A stretch of DNA of 64,000 bases. It comes from Nitrospirota bacterium (lineage in GTDB: Bacteria; Nitrospirota; UBA9217). Numbering within the stretch: position 1 is the stretch's first letter; every line of letters begins with the position of its first letter. Under the pieces are notes generated by a model. The model saw only the letters and a list, made by a program, of their open reading frames with translations, had not been told where the DNA came from and searched no databases. Position numbers and translations under genes: made by a program. The stretch spans positions 384,001 through 448,000 of the forward strand of contig CAWFSF010000002.1 in assembly GCA_963818475.1 (NCBI GenBank). The letters run 5' to 3'. This document shows positions 23,890 to 37,714 of this stretch, piece after piece.

Positions 23890-25101
23890 TCAGAAATTTG
23901 CACCTTCCCCTGCCCTCCGTTCCAGGAGCATGGCTTTCAGCACCTTGCCGAGCCTGCTTATCCCCGTCCTGATCGTCTCCTCATCAACGCTCGAAAAATT
24001 GAGCCGCAGGGTGTTGACGTTCTTTCTGTTGACGTAAAAGGGATCACCCGGTACAAATGCCACTTTCTGCTGAATGGCCCGCTCGAACACCGTAAGCGCT
24101 GCCAGTCCTACGGGCAGGGTGATCCAGAGGAACATTCCGCCTTCCGGCAGGGTGTACCGCGTCTCCGCGGGAAAGTGTTCCTGGATAGCCGCGACCATTG
24201 CCTCCCGCTGGCTCCCATATGCCTTTCTGATCAGGGCGATATGTTTGTCGAGATCGTTATCCTTCAGGTACTGGAGAATGATCCTTTGTCCAAGATAGTT
24301 CGTGTGCAGATCAGCTGCCTGCTTTGCGGTGATCAGCTTGTCCATGATCGCATCAGTGGCAACGATCCATCCTATCCTGAGCGACGGGGCGATGATCTTT
24401 GAAAACGAGCCGAGCAGCACGCTCGTATCGGGCATGAACTGACGGAAGGACGGTTTCTGCTGCCCGAGGAAGCGCAATTCACCGTAGGGATCATCTTCAA
24501 CAAGGATCGTTTTCCTTCCCTTCAGCGCCTGCGCCACAGCTTCCCGATTCTCTTTTGAATAGCTGATGCCTGAAGGATTCTGAAAATTCGGCACACAATA
24601 GAACAGCTTTGGCGCGTGCTGCGACAACACGTTTTGCAGCACATCAAGAGCAGCGCCTTCCTCGCTGACGGGTACCGGATGGAAAACCGGCCTGTAGAGC
24701 GAGAACGCCTGGATCGCACCCAGATATCCCGGCTCCTCGACGATAACGCCATCCCCTTCGTTGATGATCGTTTTCCCGAGAAGGTCGAGACCCTGCTGCG
24801 AACCGGTGGTGATGAGGATATGGCTGGGATCGATTCTTATGCCCTGCTTCAAATAATACCGGTTCGCGATCCATCTGCGCAGCTCCGGGTCGCCCTCGGT
24901 GGAGCTGTATTGCAGCGCATCTTTACCGGACTCCTCCAACACTTTGTTGGCAGCCGCTTGTATCTCCCGGACCGGGAACAGATCGCGGTTCGGCAGCCCG
25001 CCGGCAAAGGAGATGATGGATTCATCGATCGCAACTTTCAGGATCTCCCGGATGAATGACCGGGGAACATCGCTTATCCGGTCGGAAAAAATGCTGTTCA
25101 T
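23890..25101 (-). CDS. PLP-dependent aminotransferase class I/II (LysN/MocR-like, stand-alone)
   Basis: ISFAGGLP, ITTGSQQGLD, PNFQNPSG, EDDPY, GSFSKIIAPSLRIGW, PEGGMF. Confidence 0.92.
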   Translation of the reverse strand: MNSIFSDRISDVPRSFIREILKVAIDESIISFAGGLPNRDLFPVREIQAAANKVLEESGKDALQYSSTEGDPELRRWIANRYYLKQGIRIDPSHILITTGSQQGLDLLGKTIINEGDGVIVEEPGYLGAIQAFSLYRPVFHPVPVSEEGAALDVLQNVLSQHAPKLFYCVPNFQNPSGISYSKENREAVAQALKGRKTILVEDDPYGELRFLGQQKPSFRQFMPDTSVLLGSFSKIIAPSLRIGWIVATDAIMDKLITAKQAADLHTNYLGQRIILQYLKDNDLDKHIALIRKAYGSQREAMVAAIQEHFPAETRYTLPEGGMFLWITLPVGLAALTVFERAIQQKVAFVPGDPFYVNRKNVNTLRLNFSSVDEETIRTGISRLGKVLKAMLLERRAGEGANF

Positions 25102-25318
25102 AACCCGCCCCCCGCTCTCTTGTCCTGGTGAATTTTTATATCATACTCCAAGTGAGCCGTCCAATCAAGTGGGGGAGCAAAAAGGAACACGGGGGGACAT
25201 CCTTGTGTTCGCCGCTTACGGTTGTCAAACGTTCTGCGGTAAATGAAAGAGAAATAGAACGTAGAGAAAACGATCAGCGTAACGGAGAGCATATTTTTCT
25301 ATACGCTGCCAAAAATAA

Positions 25319-25354
25319 AAACCTCCTGCTAAGAATTAGTTTATGACGGAACTA
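25319..25354 (-). terminator. Probable terminator downstream of the 2009-aa ORF
   Basis: Long imperfect inverted repeat beginning AAACCTCCTGCT..GAATTAGTT and pairing with AACTAATTC..GCAGGAGGTTT (to about 25374), followed by a T-rich tract on the minus strand. Confidence 0.5.
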
Positions 25355-25449
25355 ATTCAAGAGGCAGGAGGTTTATATGAACTGTATTGACATCAGACCT
25401 GAGCAGTTTCTTCACTGCAGAAACCGCCATTATTACCACCGCCTACGCC

Positions 25450-28400
25450 TTAGTTGCAGGACGAAAGCAGCGCCAGAATGAAGATAGATGCCAGCAATTT
25501 TAGCGCGAATGACCGGCGTCCTGCCTGAACAGGCCGTGGAAGTTCTATAAATCCCGAGGACATCTTTCGCTTCATGATGAGCGCCAGCAACACCAATTCG
25601 ATCACCATAAGGAATGTCCACGGATATTCTATTGCATAAATAAGTGGTGTCAGAATTAATCTCGTCATCATTCTCAAGATATCATGCTGCCTGATAAAAG
25701 CTGCGACCGGCGGTGAGTGCCGGTAATAGGTACTTACGAAGAGCCTTCCGGGACCATTCGTCAGGAGGTATTTATCCCTGAAATCGCGAAGCACTTTGAC
25801 ATGAGGATCGAGATACGAGCCGTATGCCGCAGTCGCAATGAAGCAACCGCCGCCCCCGCCTCCGCCGCCGGCACCACTGTTCCCGGTCCCGCCTCCGTCT
25901 CCAGATGCCAAGCCTGTGCCGGTCAGCGCGACCGAGATGGCGTTTTTGTCCGGATCGGTCGATGCGATGTTCAGAGTTGCCGACCTTGTTCCTTCAGCAG
26001 AGGGGGTGAATCTCAGAAAGATGCTGCAGCTGCTGCCGGCACTTTTGCTGCTGGTGCAGTAATTGGAGGAAATCGAAAATTCCGAGGAATTGTCTCCTGC
26101 TATAGTGAAATTGTTCAGCAGTAATGAATCATTTCCATTATTCGTTATTGTGAGCGTCCGGGCACCGGGCACCAAGCCGATATACGCAGTTCCAAAATCG
26201 AGCGAGGATGCGCTTAAATCGGCCACCGGCTGCTGCCCGGTGCCGCTCAGCGCAATATTCATCGTCGGCCTGTTGGGGTCATTCGTGGTCAACGCGATGG
26301 TTGCTCCCCTCGCAAATGCGCCTTGCGGTTCGAAGGTCACCGTAAACGTGCAGTTCTGGTCGGGATTGATCGTGGCCGAAGACCCGCAGGTGCCTCCTAT
26401 GTTGAAATCTCCCGGGTTCGTTCCTGTTACTGCGCTGGAAATGTTCAAAGGAGCTGTCCAGACATTCTTTACTGTTACCGTTTGCAAAGACGAAAGGCTT
26501 CCCCGCTTAACAGTGCCGAAATTCAGGAACGCGGGACTGAGCGAAATCTCGGGCTCCGGTGCCGGTGCGCTGACTGGCGTCAGTGTCGGGGTCTGCAGAA
26601 TAAAGCCGGCAGATCCATAATTCCCGCCTACGATAACAAACGTATTATTGCCGAATGCTCCACTGTTAATCGAGCCGGTCCCGCCTGATATCCTCAGGGT
26701 CCAGGTCCGGGCGTCATTCGAGGACAACAGGGTGCTACCGCCGAAGACAAGATAGGTATTGTTTCCGAAAGCAGCTCCGTAGAGAGAGCTCGAAGTTCCC
26801 GATGACCGGCTGGTCCAGAATTCCGTGCCGCTCGATGTATACAATGTTCCCAAATAGCTGGTAGCAACCGTTACCCCGTTCCCGAAGGCAAGCGCATCGA
26901 GGCTGTAGCTGCTGTTCGTGGGCCTGGAGTTCCAGGTCGCGCCGTCCGGGGAGGTCCAGGCAGTGCTTTGAGAGCCGGAACCGATAAAGACACTGTTGAC
27001 GAAAGTGACATCGTACAATGTTGGAGTTGCTGCATGGAGACTCCAGGATGTGCCGTCTGGGGACGTAGCGGTCAGGTCGTAACCAGTGGCGACAAATGTT
27101 CCGTTCCCGTAAGCAACATGGTCCAAGTCCGAGGCAGTGCCGGAGTTCTGGGCAGTCCACGTCGAACCGTTGAGTGAGGTTATTATTGCGCCGGAGTCAC
27201 CGACAGCAACATATGTTCCGTTTCCATATGCCACCGAACTAAGCAGCCGGGTTGTCCCAGTCATCCGGGAAGTCCAGTTCACTCCGTCAGAAGAAGTCAC
27301 AATGGTGCCGTTGTTTCCTACAGCAACAAATCCATTATTCCCGTAGGTCACGCCGTACAGTTGATGCTCGTAGGAATCGGGGACCCATGACGTCCAGGTG
27401 ATGCCGTTCGGAGAAGTAAGGATTGCACCGTAATTGCTGATCACGGCGAATTCGTTATTGATAAACCGTACAGCCTTGGGGGTGATCGGCCCGCCGAAAG
27501 ACCGCGCAGTCCAGACAGCGCCGTCCGTGGAGGTGAGAAGCGTGTTGTTCGTTCCGACAGCGACGAACACGTTGTTCCCGAAGGCCACGCCGATCAGGTT
27601 TTCCGCAGTGTTGGAAGTCTGCAACGTCCAGTCCGTTCCTTCATTATTAGTGTTTTGATTCGGCGAGGTGTTTACGGACCTGTAGATCGTGCCGCGAGTG
27701 CCGACGGCCACGAAGGCATTGTTCCCATAGGCAACTCCGGAAAACTGATCCGGGTCAATAAACAACCGCTGTATTACGCCCGCGGCACTGTACGTCCATA
27801 TTTTCCCCCCATAACCCACATAGTAAGCTCCGGCAACCACATATGTGTTGCTGTTCGGGCTGTACGCTACTCCAGTCAGTTTATAATCGATAGTCGAGTT
27901 GACCGTTGTCCAGTTTTCACCGTCCGTTGATTTCGCGATGCCATAGCCGACTGCTACGATAGCGGGGACTCCACCGCTGCCAATGGTGACATCCGACCCG
28001 GTGGCCAGGCTGTAAAGACTGATCGCCACCTGAGTGCCCGCAGTCCAGTTCGTTCCAGTCGTTGAAGTATAAGTTTCTCCGTTCTCGTTGACGCCGACGA
28101 ATTTCCCATTGAAATACATCACACTATTGAAACCATATTGAGGGCTGGCAAAAGTATCTTCAATCCACTCGTGCTTGTCAGCTGATGTCAGGACGGCATT
28201 GACCTGCGTTGTGAATGGCACATTCGTCCGACCGAATGCCGCATACATCCCATTGCCGTAGGCAATGTCGGCAGTAGACACGGGAAACATTCTTGGTTTC
28301 CACGTGTACAGGGGGTCCGTCAGAGACGGCGCGGACCTCACGGCCTGCAACTGCTTGCTCTCCTTTTGATCTGCCGGACCTGCTGTCGTACTGGTGCCAG

Positions 28401-31400
28401 GCGAGCTGCAGCCGCTGACGAAGACGGATATGAAACAAAGAATCGAGATAAGACGCATTGCCGGAACCTGTTCCATCTGGCAATTGAAGCTGCCTCCGGC
28501 GACAACGCCTGACCACCGGCTTTCGGATACTCTTCTCAAATTCGCAGCAGTCATCATAACGGCCATACCAAAACAAAGCATCAGGAACAGATTCGGATAT
28601 GCCAAAGCAAGAACTACCGGTGTGAGCAGCATCCGTGTTATTGCCCGAAGTACCTCGCTCTGCCTGATGAAGTCGGCTATCGGCGGCGAGTGCCGGTAAT
28701 AGGTACTTACGAAGAGCCTTCCGGGACCATTCGTCAGGAGGTATTTATCCCTGAAATCGCGAAGCACTTTAACATGAGGATCGAGATAAGAGCCGTATGC
28801 AGCCGTGGCGATGAAGCAACCGCCGCCCCCGCCTCCGCCCCCGCCGCCTGCACCGGAATTGCCTGTGTCGCCGGTGCCCGAACCGACGCCAGTGCCCGTA
28901 ACAGTAACCGCAACGGTTGAATTGTCAGGATCATCTGATGATACTGAAATCGTGGCGGACTTCGCGCCTGATGATGCCGGAGCAAAGGTGATCGTCTTCA
29001 TGCAGCTCCCCGTCGTAATGGGGCTCGAGCAGCTCGTACTGCTCAGACCGAACTCCGAAGCGTTCGGCCCGCTGATGCTGATCCCGGTGACCGTCAAGGG
29101 GGCCGGCGTGCCGCCGGTGTTGTTGATTACAAGATAGCCCGCGGAAGAAGACCCGACATTTACGCTCCCTAGATTGCTCGGGCTGGCTGTAACCACGATA
29201 TGGGGCTGAACGCTGTTGCCGTTGAGCGGGATGTTTATGGTCGGGTGATTGGGATCATTAGTCGTGAGCACGAGGCTGGCAACGCGACTGCCCGCTCCCG
29301 CCGGAATAAAGGTCACCTCCAGGCCGCAGCTCCCGTCGGGTGCGACCGTGAAGGAGCCTGAGCTGCTGCACGTGCCCGCCGCGACGCTGAAGTCCCCGGT
29401 ATTCGTCCCCGTGACAGAGGTGGCAACGTTGAGATCTCCGGTCCAGGTATTCGTGATGGTCAGGGTCTGAGCGGTTGAAGAGCTCCCGCGGTTCACGCTG
29501 CCGAAACTGAAGTAGGTTTTGTCATAGGTTATCTCCGGTTCGACGGGAGGCGCAGCAACCGTCGCAAGGGGTGCGGACTGAAATATCTGACCAAGATCTC
29601 CGACAGCGACGAAGCTGTTGTTGCCGAAGGCAATACCCTGCAGCAGCGTGATTGATTCGACCGGGTTCGTGTTCCACGTGCGGCCGTCATGAGAACTGAA
29701 CACCTGATCGCTTCCGCCGATGGCGGCGAACGTATTGTTGCCGAAGGCCACGCTGAACAAATCGGAGCTTTGGTAAACTGCCATTCGCTGTGTCCAGTGC
29801 ACGGAACCGCTCGAGGTGTAAACATTTTTGTCGTCCCCGACCGTCACCATTGCGCCGTTACCGAAGGCCGCTGAGTACAGATAGGGGACATTGGCCGTGA
29901 TTTCGTTTCGCTTTGTCCAGACTGCACCGTCGGCAGAGGTGTAAATGCCGGAGTATTCACCCACGGCCGTGAAAATACCATTGTTGAAAGCAACACCCTT
30001 CAGATCCTGGATCAGCCCGACAGTCTGCGGAATCCAGCTGGAACCATCAGCAGACGTATAGACCACGCCATTTGTCCCGTTCGTACCCACTGCCACGAAC
30101 ATGTTATTCCCGAAGGCCACGCTTTCAAGGACATTGGGTGCAGAGGCCTCCGCCACTGACCAGGTAATTCCGTCCGAGGAGGTTGTGATAGCTCGCCCAA
30201 CTGCTACATATTTTCCGTTGCCATAGGTCAGCGCATACAGGTCCTGGGTAGTGTTCGAAACGCGTCCGCCCCAGGTTGCTCCGTCGGTCGACGTAAGAAT
30301 CGTGCCGTACGTCCCGACGGCAACGAACAGATTGTTCAGGTAAGCGACATCTTTGATATTGCGATACTGAGAACCCAGGCTGACCGTGGCATTGTAGCCG
30401 GCAAAGACAGGATTCCAGGCTGTGCCCGTGGAGCTTGACATCATGCCGGCCCCCAAGGCGTACAGCGTGTTGTTCATTATGGCCAGACGCGTCGGCTGCT
30501 CATCGAGGCTATAGTTCCTTGCGGTCCAGGTGGTGCCGTTCGGCGAGGTATAATAGCGCCCCGGTCCGTTCGGCGCCGCATTGCTGTATTCGCTTACCAC
30601 GAAGAGACCATTGATATACTCTATGTCCCAGAGGATGCCGGCCCCATTGATAACCGTTGTAGATTGGACTTTAGTCCAGGTGAGTCCGTCCGTCGAAGTT
30701 GAGTAAACGCCGCCATCACCGACAGCAACGAACTTGTTGCTGCCGTTGTATGCGATACTGTAGAAATTCGGCGACATTCCTACATCCGATGGGACCTCAC
30801 GGGCTGTCCAGACGGACCCTGTCGGCGAGGTCACAATGTTGTCGTCGGATACCCCCATAAACTGGCCGTTCACGAAGATGACTTTTTTTATCGGAAGCGG
30901 ATAGAAACCCGCGTCTATGGCTGTCCAGTTGATCCCGTCTGTTGATCGAATAACGTATCCGTCCAGGGTTGTCGCAACAAAAACTCCATTGCCATACTCG
31001 ACATCCAGCAGCATATCCAGGGGATAATTGTAGGGAGGACTTAACGGGAGCGTCGGCGTTGTCCAGGTAATAAGATCGGTCGATGTCATTATCCGGGCGC
31101 CGCCGCTCCCGCCGGCAGCTACCGCAATTCCATTCCCGATCGCGACTCCGCTCAGGGCATAACCGCCCTGGGGCCGATGGGTCCAGGCAATCCCGTCGGT
31201 TGAGGTAAGGATCGCGTCCGCTCCGCTCTTGCTGCCGACGGCAACATAACGATAAACTCCGTTTACGGTGCCGCTCGCCGCAGACTGAAGGCTCGTCAAG
31301 GGAAAGCTTCGCGGGTACCAGGTGTTCAAAGGACCGGTGCCCGTGGTGTAGGTCATGATCGGGGAGGCAAGCGCCTTCTCCCTGCGGTCCCCTGCTGGCG

Positions 31401-31479
31401 TCTGGTTTTCCAATTTGCTGCAGCCGGAAATAATAAACAGCAAGGATGCGAGGAAGCAAAATAAAACTTTTCTTATCAT
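25450..31479 (-). CDS. Large surface lipoprotein of two tandem modules (beta-propeller-like repeats, Ig-like choice-of-anchor D domains, CFI-box-CTERM)
   Basis: N-terminal lipobox ISGC. Many (Y/F)GNN.FVAVG..G.I.TS.DG..W repeats. FGSV/TNDP Ig-like domains. [29 protein letters not shown] occurs twice. An internal signal peptide with lipobox VSGC sits at about aa 1008-1024. Confidence 0.85.
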   Translation of the reverse strand: MIRKVLFCFLASLLFIISGCSKLENQTPAGDRREKALASPIMTYTTGTGPLNTWYPRSFPLTSLQSAASGTVNGVYRYVAVGSKSGADAILTSTDGIAWTHRPQGGYALSGVAIGNGIAVAAGGSGGARIMTSTDLITWTTPTLPLSPPYNYPLDMLLDVEYGNGVFVATTLDGYVIRSTDGINWTAIDAGFYPLPIKKVIFVNGQFMGVSDDNIVTSPTGSVWTAREVPSDVGMSPNFYSIAYNGSNKFVAVGDGGVYSTSTDGLTWTKVQSTTVINGAGILWDIEYINGLFVVSEYSNAAPNGPGRYYTSPNGTTWTARNYSLDEQPTRLAIMNNTLYALGAGMMSSSTGTAWNPVFAGYNATVSLGSQYRNIKDVAYLNNLFVAVGTYGTILTSTDGATWGGRVSNTTQDLYALTYGNGKYVAVGRAITTSSDGITWSVAEASAPNVLESVAFGNNMFVAVGTNGTNGVVYTSADGSSWIPQTVGLIQDLKGVAFNNGIFTAVGEYSGIYTSADGAVWTKRNEITANVPYLYSAAFGNGAMVTVGDDKNVYTSSGSVHWTQRMAVYQSSDLFSVAFGNNTFAAIGGSDQVFSSHDGRTWNTNPVESITLLQGIAFGNNSFVAVGDLGQIFQSAPLATVAAPPVEPEITYDKTYFSFGSVNRGSSSTAQTLTITNTWTGDLNVATSVTGTNTGDFSVAAGTCSSSGSFTVAPDGSCGLEVTFIPAGAGSRVASLVLTTNDPNHPTINIPLNGNSVQPHIVVTASPSNLGSVNVGSSSAGYLVINNTGGTPAPLTVTGISISGPNASEFGLSSTSCSSPITTGSCMKTITFAPASSGAKSATISVSSDDPDNSTVAVTVTGTGVGSGTGDTGNSGAGGGGGGGGGGCFIATAAYGSYLDPHVKVLRDFRDKYLLTNGPGRLFVSTYYRHSPPIADFIRQSEVLRAITRMLLTPVVLALAYPNLFLMLCFGMAVMMTAANLRRVSESRWSGVVAGGSFNCQMEQVPAMRLISILCFISVFVSGCSSPGTSTTAGPADQKESKQLQAVRSAPSLTDPLYTWKPRMFPVSTADIAYGNGMYAAFGRTNVPFTTQVNAVLTSADKHEWIEDTFASPQYGFNSVMYFNGKFVGVNENGETYTSTTGTNWTAGTQVAISLYSLATGSDVTIGSGGVPAIVAVGYGIAKSTDGENWTTVNSTIDYKLTGVAYSPNSNTYVVAGAYYVGYGGKIWTYSAAGVIQRLFIDPDQFSGVAYGNNAFVAVGTRGTIYRSVNTSPNQNTNNEGTDWTLQTSNTAENLIGVAFGNNVFVAVGTNNTLLTSTDGAVWTARSFGGPITPKAVRFINNEFAVISNYGAILTSPNGITWTSWVPDSYEHQLYGVTYGNNGFVAVGNNGTIVTSSDGVNWTSRMTGTTRLLSSVAYGNGTYVAVGDSGAIITSLNGSTWTAQNSGTASDLDHVAYGNGTFVATGYDLTATSPDGTSWSLHAATPTLYDVTFVNSVFIGSGSQSTAWTSPDGATWNSRPTNSSYSLDALAFGNGVTVATSYLGTLYTSSGTEFWTSRSSGTSSSLYGAAFGNNTYLVFGGSTLLSSNDARTWTLRISGGTGSINSGAFGNNTFVIVGGNYGSAGFILQTPTLTPVSAPAPEPEISLSPAFLNFGTVKRGSLSSLQTVTVKNVWTAPLNISSAVTGTNPGDFNIGGTCGSSATINPDQNCTFTVTFEPQGAFARGATIALTTNDPNRPTMNIALSGTGQQPVADLSASSLDFGTAYIGLVPGARTLTITNNGNDSLLLNNFTIAGDNSSEFSISSNYCTSSKSAGSSCSIFLRFTPSAEGTRSATLNIASTDPDKNAISVALTGTGLASGDGGGTGNSGAGGGGGGGGCFIATAAYGSYLDPHVKVLRDFRDKYLLTNGPGRLFVSTYYRHSPPVAAFIRQHDILRMMTRLILTPLIYAIEYPWTFLMVIELVLLALIMKRKMSSGFIELPRPVQAGRRSFALKLLASIFILALLSSCN
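25708..28839. repeat. 159-bp near-identical direct repeat (25708-25866 and 28681-28839) encoding the CFI-box core
   Basis: Both copies contain GAGTGCCGGTAATAGGTACTTACGAAGAGCCTTCCGGGACCATTCGTCAGGAGGTATTTATCCCTGAAATCGCGAAGCACTTT, with only a few substitutions elsewhere. Confidence 0.9.
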
Positions 31480-31530
31480 GATATTCGTCCCCCTGATATG
31501 TAATACTTTTTTATTATTTTATTTTATTTG

Positions 31531-31587
31531 ATTATACGAAAACTCGCAAGCAGAAATACTGGGAAAACGGGGTATTTTTAGGGTATT
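31531..31587 (-). promoter_or_regulatory. Promoter with TATAAT and an upstream AATACCC-TAAA-AATACCC direct repeat
   Basis: -10 at 31531-31536, motif at 31570-31587, weak -35. The same motif occurs at 61350-61367 and 63154-63171. Confidence 0.6.
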
Positions 31588-32009
31588 TTTTTATGAAAAG
31601 TTGAACTTTGTGCAACAAATTGTGAACCAGCCCCTGGGATTAGAGTTGCCTTTTTAATACGTTGTTTTTTAACGCTACGCTTATCGGACTTGGCAATACT
31701 GCTGCTCGGTGAATTTTCCGCCATGTTTTTTGGGAAACCAGAAAGGATTATACGGTGATTTTAACCTTTATGAGCTCTATGATTGTTCACAGCAGCCCCG
31801 GAGAAACGTAGTTGTTGACGTTACGCGGTGAAATCAATGATGCCCGGCCATACGCTCTGCCGATGAACCCAGCATGCTTATATTGAATCGTTGTCTGAAT
31901 TTCGCGAAATTGTCTTGGGGGAAAGAAACAACTGGTGAGGCTGGTCATGAGAACTCAGCTGCAGCAATTTCCGAAGCCTGGCCCCGGTATGCCCGGGCTC
32001 TGCATGGCG

Positions 32010-34219
<2,210 letters not shown>

Positions 34220-34292
34220 AGGCTCCTATCTTCTTATTCTGTACTTCTCACTTCTTGTTTCTTGCTTCTTGTTCATACTCTTGCTCCCCGCC

Positions 34293-35099
34293 TTACCGCG
34301 CCAGCCACAGCAGCACCACTGCCGCGGCCAGAACAAGACGGTACCAGACGAATATTTTCATGGAATGATGCTCAAGATAGCGGATCAGAAATCTGATGGC
34401 AAGGTACCCGACGATCGCCGAGCTGAGCGTGCCCAGAACGAAACCAGCGGCCGCCTCTTGGCTATGGAGCGTAATGTGGTTGAGCTTCAATACCGCTGCG
34501 CCGGCGATCACCGGCGTGGACAGAAGAAAGGAGAACCGCGCCGCGTCCTCCCGCTTGTACCCCCCGGCAAGGCCGGCGGAGATCGTGATGCCTGAACGCG
34601 ATATGCCGGGCACCAGGGCAAGCGCCTGGGCGATCCCGACGAAAAAAGCGTGGTGGAAGGTCATGGACGCAAGCCGGCGCTCCTGCTTCGAATACCGGTC
34701 GGCAAGCCACATGGCGAGCGATCCCGCAACGAGCGCGGCAGCGACCAGGAGCGGATTGCGGAACAGGGTCTCGACAACGTGCTCGTACTGCATGCCGATG
34801 ACGGCGGCGGGGATCGTCGCCAGCACGATATACCAGACGAGCCGCGCCTCATAGTCCGGCGCGCTGCCGCGCAGCACGTTGAGGCACGCCTTGCCGAAGC
34901 GCAGCCAGTCGCGCCAGAAATACCAGAGCACGGCGACCAGGGTCCCGACATGGAGCGCGACATCGAAGGTGAGATTGTTCATGAGCTCGCCGGTCCAGCC
35001 CGTGGCCCACTGGGCGAGGATGAGATGTCCGGAACTGCTGATCGGAAGGAACTCCGTAAGCCCTTGGAGGATGCCGAGAATGATCGCTTCGAATATCAT
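34293..35099 (-). CDS. uppP: Undecaprenyl-diphosphatase UppP/BacA
   Basis: GILQGLTEFLPISSSGH, PGISRSG, AARFSFLLS. Confidence 0.96.
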   Translation of the reverse strand: MIFEAIILGILQGLTEFLPISSSGHLILAQWATGWTGELMNNLTFDVALHVGTLVAVLWYFWRDWLRFGKACLNVLRGSAPDYEARLVWYIVLATIPAAVIGMQYEHVVETLFRNPLLVAAALVAGSLAMWLADRYSKQERRLASMTFHHAFFVGIAQALALVPGISRSGITISAGLAGGYKREDAARFSFLLSTPVIAGAAVLKLNHITLHSQEAAAGFVLGTLSSAIVGYLAIRFLIRYLEHHSMKIFVWYRLVLAAAVVLLWLAR

Positions 35100-35278
35100 G
35101 ATCCCTCTTGCTTAAGACGCCGCATGATGCAATGTTTCGGAACATGCTGGAATAGACGGCACATGCTGGAATGCATTATTTCATAAAGCCGGCAGGATTT
35201 CAAGATGATTCGGGGCAGGCGTGGCCCCAAACCGGGCGAGGAGAGCGGTAAAGTCGCCTTATGACACTGTGCTGTTAC

Positions 35279-35307
35279 TTGACCTGTCCGACTCCCCCCC
35301 GTATAAT
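35279..35307 (+). promoter_or_regulatory. sigma70 promoter, probably giving a leaderless mRNA
   Basis: TTGACC-17-TATAAT with the ATG 8 nt downstream and no RBS. Confidence 0.6.
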
Positions 35308-35315
35308 CAGGCACG

Positions 35316-36209
35316 ATGAAAAAATATAAGCTCATTGCAAACCCTATGACACGCAGGGGGAACACGCACCTCATCATCTCCCGAACCCTGGAACTCCTTG
35401 CGCGACGCGGGGTATCGTACAACCTGGAATTTACGACCGGACCGAAGGAAGCAGGCAGGATCGCCCGTGCGGCCTGCCGCAACCATGATGTCATTGTCGC
35501 CATCGGCGGCGACGGGACCGTGAACGAAGTGGTCCAGGGCATGGTATTCTCCGATACGCCGCTGGGCATCATCCCCGGAGGCACGGGGAACGACTTCGTC
35601 AGATCGCTGCAGATCCCCAACCGGCTGGAGCAGGCCGTGGACATCATCCTGGCCGGACAGACCCGTCGTATCGATGTCGGGAAGATCAACGGCACCTATT
35701 TTGCCAACAACATCGGTTTTGGCTTCGATGCAGCAGTCAACATCACGGCCAGCACCATGAGCAGCCGTTCGGGGGGGCTTTCGCTCTATTTACGCGCCCT
35801 TATCAGAACGCTCGGCAAATACCAGCCCGTGCAGTTGACGATCACCATGAATGACCGGTCCGTAGAGCAGGAGATCTTTCTCCTGTCGATCGGGAACGGC
35901 ACCACCTGCGGCGGGGGATTCAGGCTCACACCCCAGGCGAAGCTCGATGACCAGCTGCTTGACGTTACGCTGCTGAAGCCCCTGCCCCTGGCATCTCTGC
36001 TCTGGCATTTTCCCAAAGTCTTTCTCGGCACCATTGGCCGGGTCTCCTACGCATCACAGGAAAGAACAACGGAACTGACAGTAATGAGCAGCGCCCCCCT
36101 TCCCATCCATGTTGACGGCGAGATCTTTTCCGGCAATGACGGCAACTACAAGGTAAGCATTGTTCCCCGCGCCCTGACCGTGATCGCGAGCCCGACAGCA
36201 TTCCAATAA
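35316..36209 (+). CDS. Diacylglycerol/lipid kinase family (YegS/DAGK)
   Basis: IANP, GGDGTVNEV, GTGNDF, GFGFDA, GGGF, HVDGE. Confidence 0.92.
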   Translation: MKKYKLIANPMTRRGNTHLIISRTLELLARRGVSYNLEFTTGPKEAGRIARAACRNHDVIVAIGGDGTVNEVVQGMVFSDTPLGIIPGGTGNDFVRSLQIPNRLEQAVDIILAGQTRRIDVGKINGTYFANNIGFGFDAAVNITASTMSSRSGGLSLYLRALIRTLGKYQPVQLTITMNDRSVEQEIFLLSIGNGTTCGGGFRLTPQAKLDDQLLDVTLLKPLPLASLLWHFPKVFLGTIGRVSYASQERTTELTVMSSAPLPIHVDGEIFSGNDGNYKVSIVPRALTVIASPTAFQ

Positions 36210-36277
36210 AGTTCGCGTTGGTCCTCCAAAGAACCTGACAATCCGTATAATCGATTTTTTTGCGGTAAAATAGGAAT

Positions 36278-37513
36278 ATGTCATCAGACCGCGATAGGAG
36301 AACGAGCATCGTCATCATCGGCGGGGGCTTTGCCGGGCTTGAGGCCGCCTTCACCCTCAAAGGCCTTCTGGGATCCGCTGCCGGCATCACGCTTATCGAT
36401 CGGAACGCCTGTCATACTTTCATCCCGTCCATTCATGAGATCATCTCAGGAAAGGTGGAGCCGCAGCAGCTCCGCATCCCGCTTCGCGTCATGCTCGCTC
36501 CGGCAGGCATCGATTTTATCCAGGAGGAGGTCCTGGGACTGGACCGCGAACGACGTCAGATCAGTACGAACAGCACGATCCTGGACTACGACTACCTGGT
36601 CCTGGGCGTCGGCGCGGAGAACAATTTTTTCAACATCCCCGGCGCTGCAGAGCTGGCATACCGGTTCCGGTCATCCGAGGATGCTGAGCGGATCAGACAA
36701 GAGTTCTCACGCATCATGGCAGACGAGTCGTACACCTACACCGTCATGATCGCCGGCGGCGGCACCGAAGGCGTCGAGGTCGCCGGTGAGGTAGTCGACG
36801 CGATTGAAAACGGCTGCGGACGCGATGCGCTCCTGTCAGGAAGGATCACGGTCGAACTGATCGAGGGACAGGACCGGCTGCTGCCGGGCTTCCCTGGCCG
36901 GGTCCGGGACTTTTCCGGAGATTATCTGAGGAAACGGGGTGTCAAGCTCACGACAGGCAGCCGCATCATCGGGGTGCAGAAGGACAGCGTGATACTCGAT
37001 GACGGCGCAAACCGCCCGATGTCCCTGCTGATATGGACCGGCGGCATCCAGCCCCCGAAACTGATCAGTACGCTTTCACTGCCCAAAGACCCCTCAGGCT
37101 GGCTCAAAGTGAACGACCACCTCCAGGTGTTCGATGATGACCAGGCCTACGGCATCGGCGATGCCGTCAGCATCTACCATGGCGAGGAGCCCCTGCGTGT
37201 TGCCCGCCTTGCCTACCATGCGCAGGACCAGGCCCATATTGCTGCGCTCAACATCGCGAACCATCTGGCAGGACGCGGCCTGGACTCCTATGTTCCGAAG
37301 AAGAAGCCGCAGCTCATTTCCATGGGCAAAAACATGGGCCTCTATGTTGAAGGCGATGAGTTCCATAGCGGTGCCTGGGTCGTGTCTTTAAAGAAGGGCA
37401 TTGAAAAACAGCATCTGCTGGCCTATCTCTCGAAACCTGTTTCCTCAGCTCTGTGGTCGAAGGTTCCGGGTTCTGAGATCCTGAACAGACTGTGGCTGCG
37501 CCGGACACGGTGA
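36278..37513 (+). CDS. NAD(P)/FAD-dependent oxidoreductase (type II NADH dehydrogenase-like)
   Basis: IIGGGFAG, YDYLVLGVG, IAGGGTEGVEVAGE, IWTGG, GIGD. Confidence 0.88.
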   Translation: MSSDRDRRTSIVIIGGGFAGLEAAFTLKGLLGSAAGITLIDRNACHTFIPSIHEIISGKVEPQQLRIPLRVMLAPAGIDFIQEEVLGLDRERRQISTNSTILDYDYLVLGVGAENNFFNIPGAAELAYRFRSSEDAERIRQEFSRIMADESYTYTVMIAGGGTEGVEVAGEVVDAIENGCGRDALLSGRITVELIEGQDRLLPGFPGRVRDFSGDYLRKRGVKLTTGSRIIGVQKDSVILDDGANRPMSLLIWTGGIQPPKLISTLSLPKDPSGWLKVNDHLQVFDDDQAYGIGDAVSIYHGEEPLRVARLAYHAQDQAHIAALNIANHLAGRGLDSYVPKKKPQLISMGKNMGLYVEGDEFHSGAWVVSLKKGIEKQHLLAYLSKPVSSALWSKVPGSEILNRLWLRRTR

Positions 37514-37714
37514 GCAGCATAGACAAATCGACAACCCTGTTGATCCGGAACTTCGGAAGAAGTCCCGGCTTTTTATTTCATACGATATCATTCCAGGATC
37601 GAACAAACATATATTGATTGATCAGCACCGTATGAGTATAATTGCATCATGAGCCGGACATACTGATCTTTGATGCCTTCCCCTCATGCTGCTCAAAATA
37701 TTCAGGAGGTAGTT

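Noticed and set aside
25708-28839. 159-bp repeat as a diversity-generating retroelement TR/VR pair
   Set aside because: No reverse transcriptase in the window, both copies are coding, and the differences are mostly silent.
31480-32009. Riboswitch or ncRNA in long intergenic regions (also 20640-20880, 52350-52550, 53500-53750)
   Set aside because: I could not recognise a cobalamin, SAM, c-di-GMP or tRNA consensus by eye; an Rfam scan would be needed.
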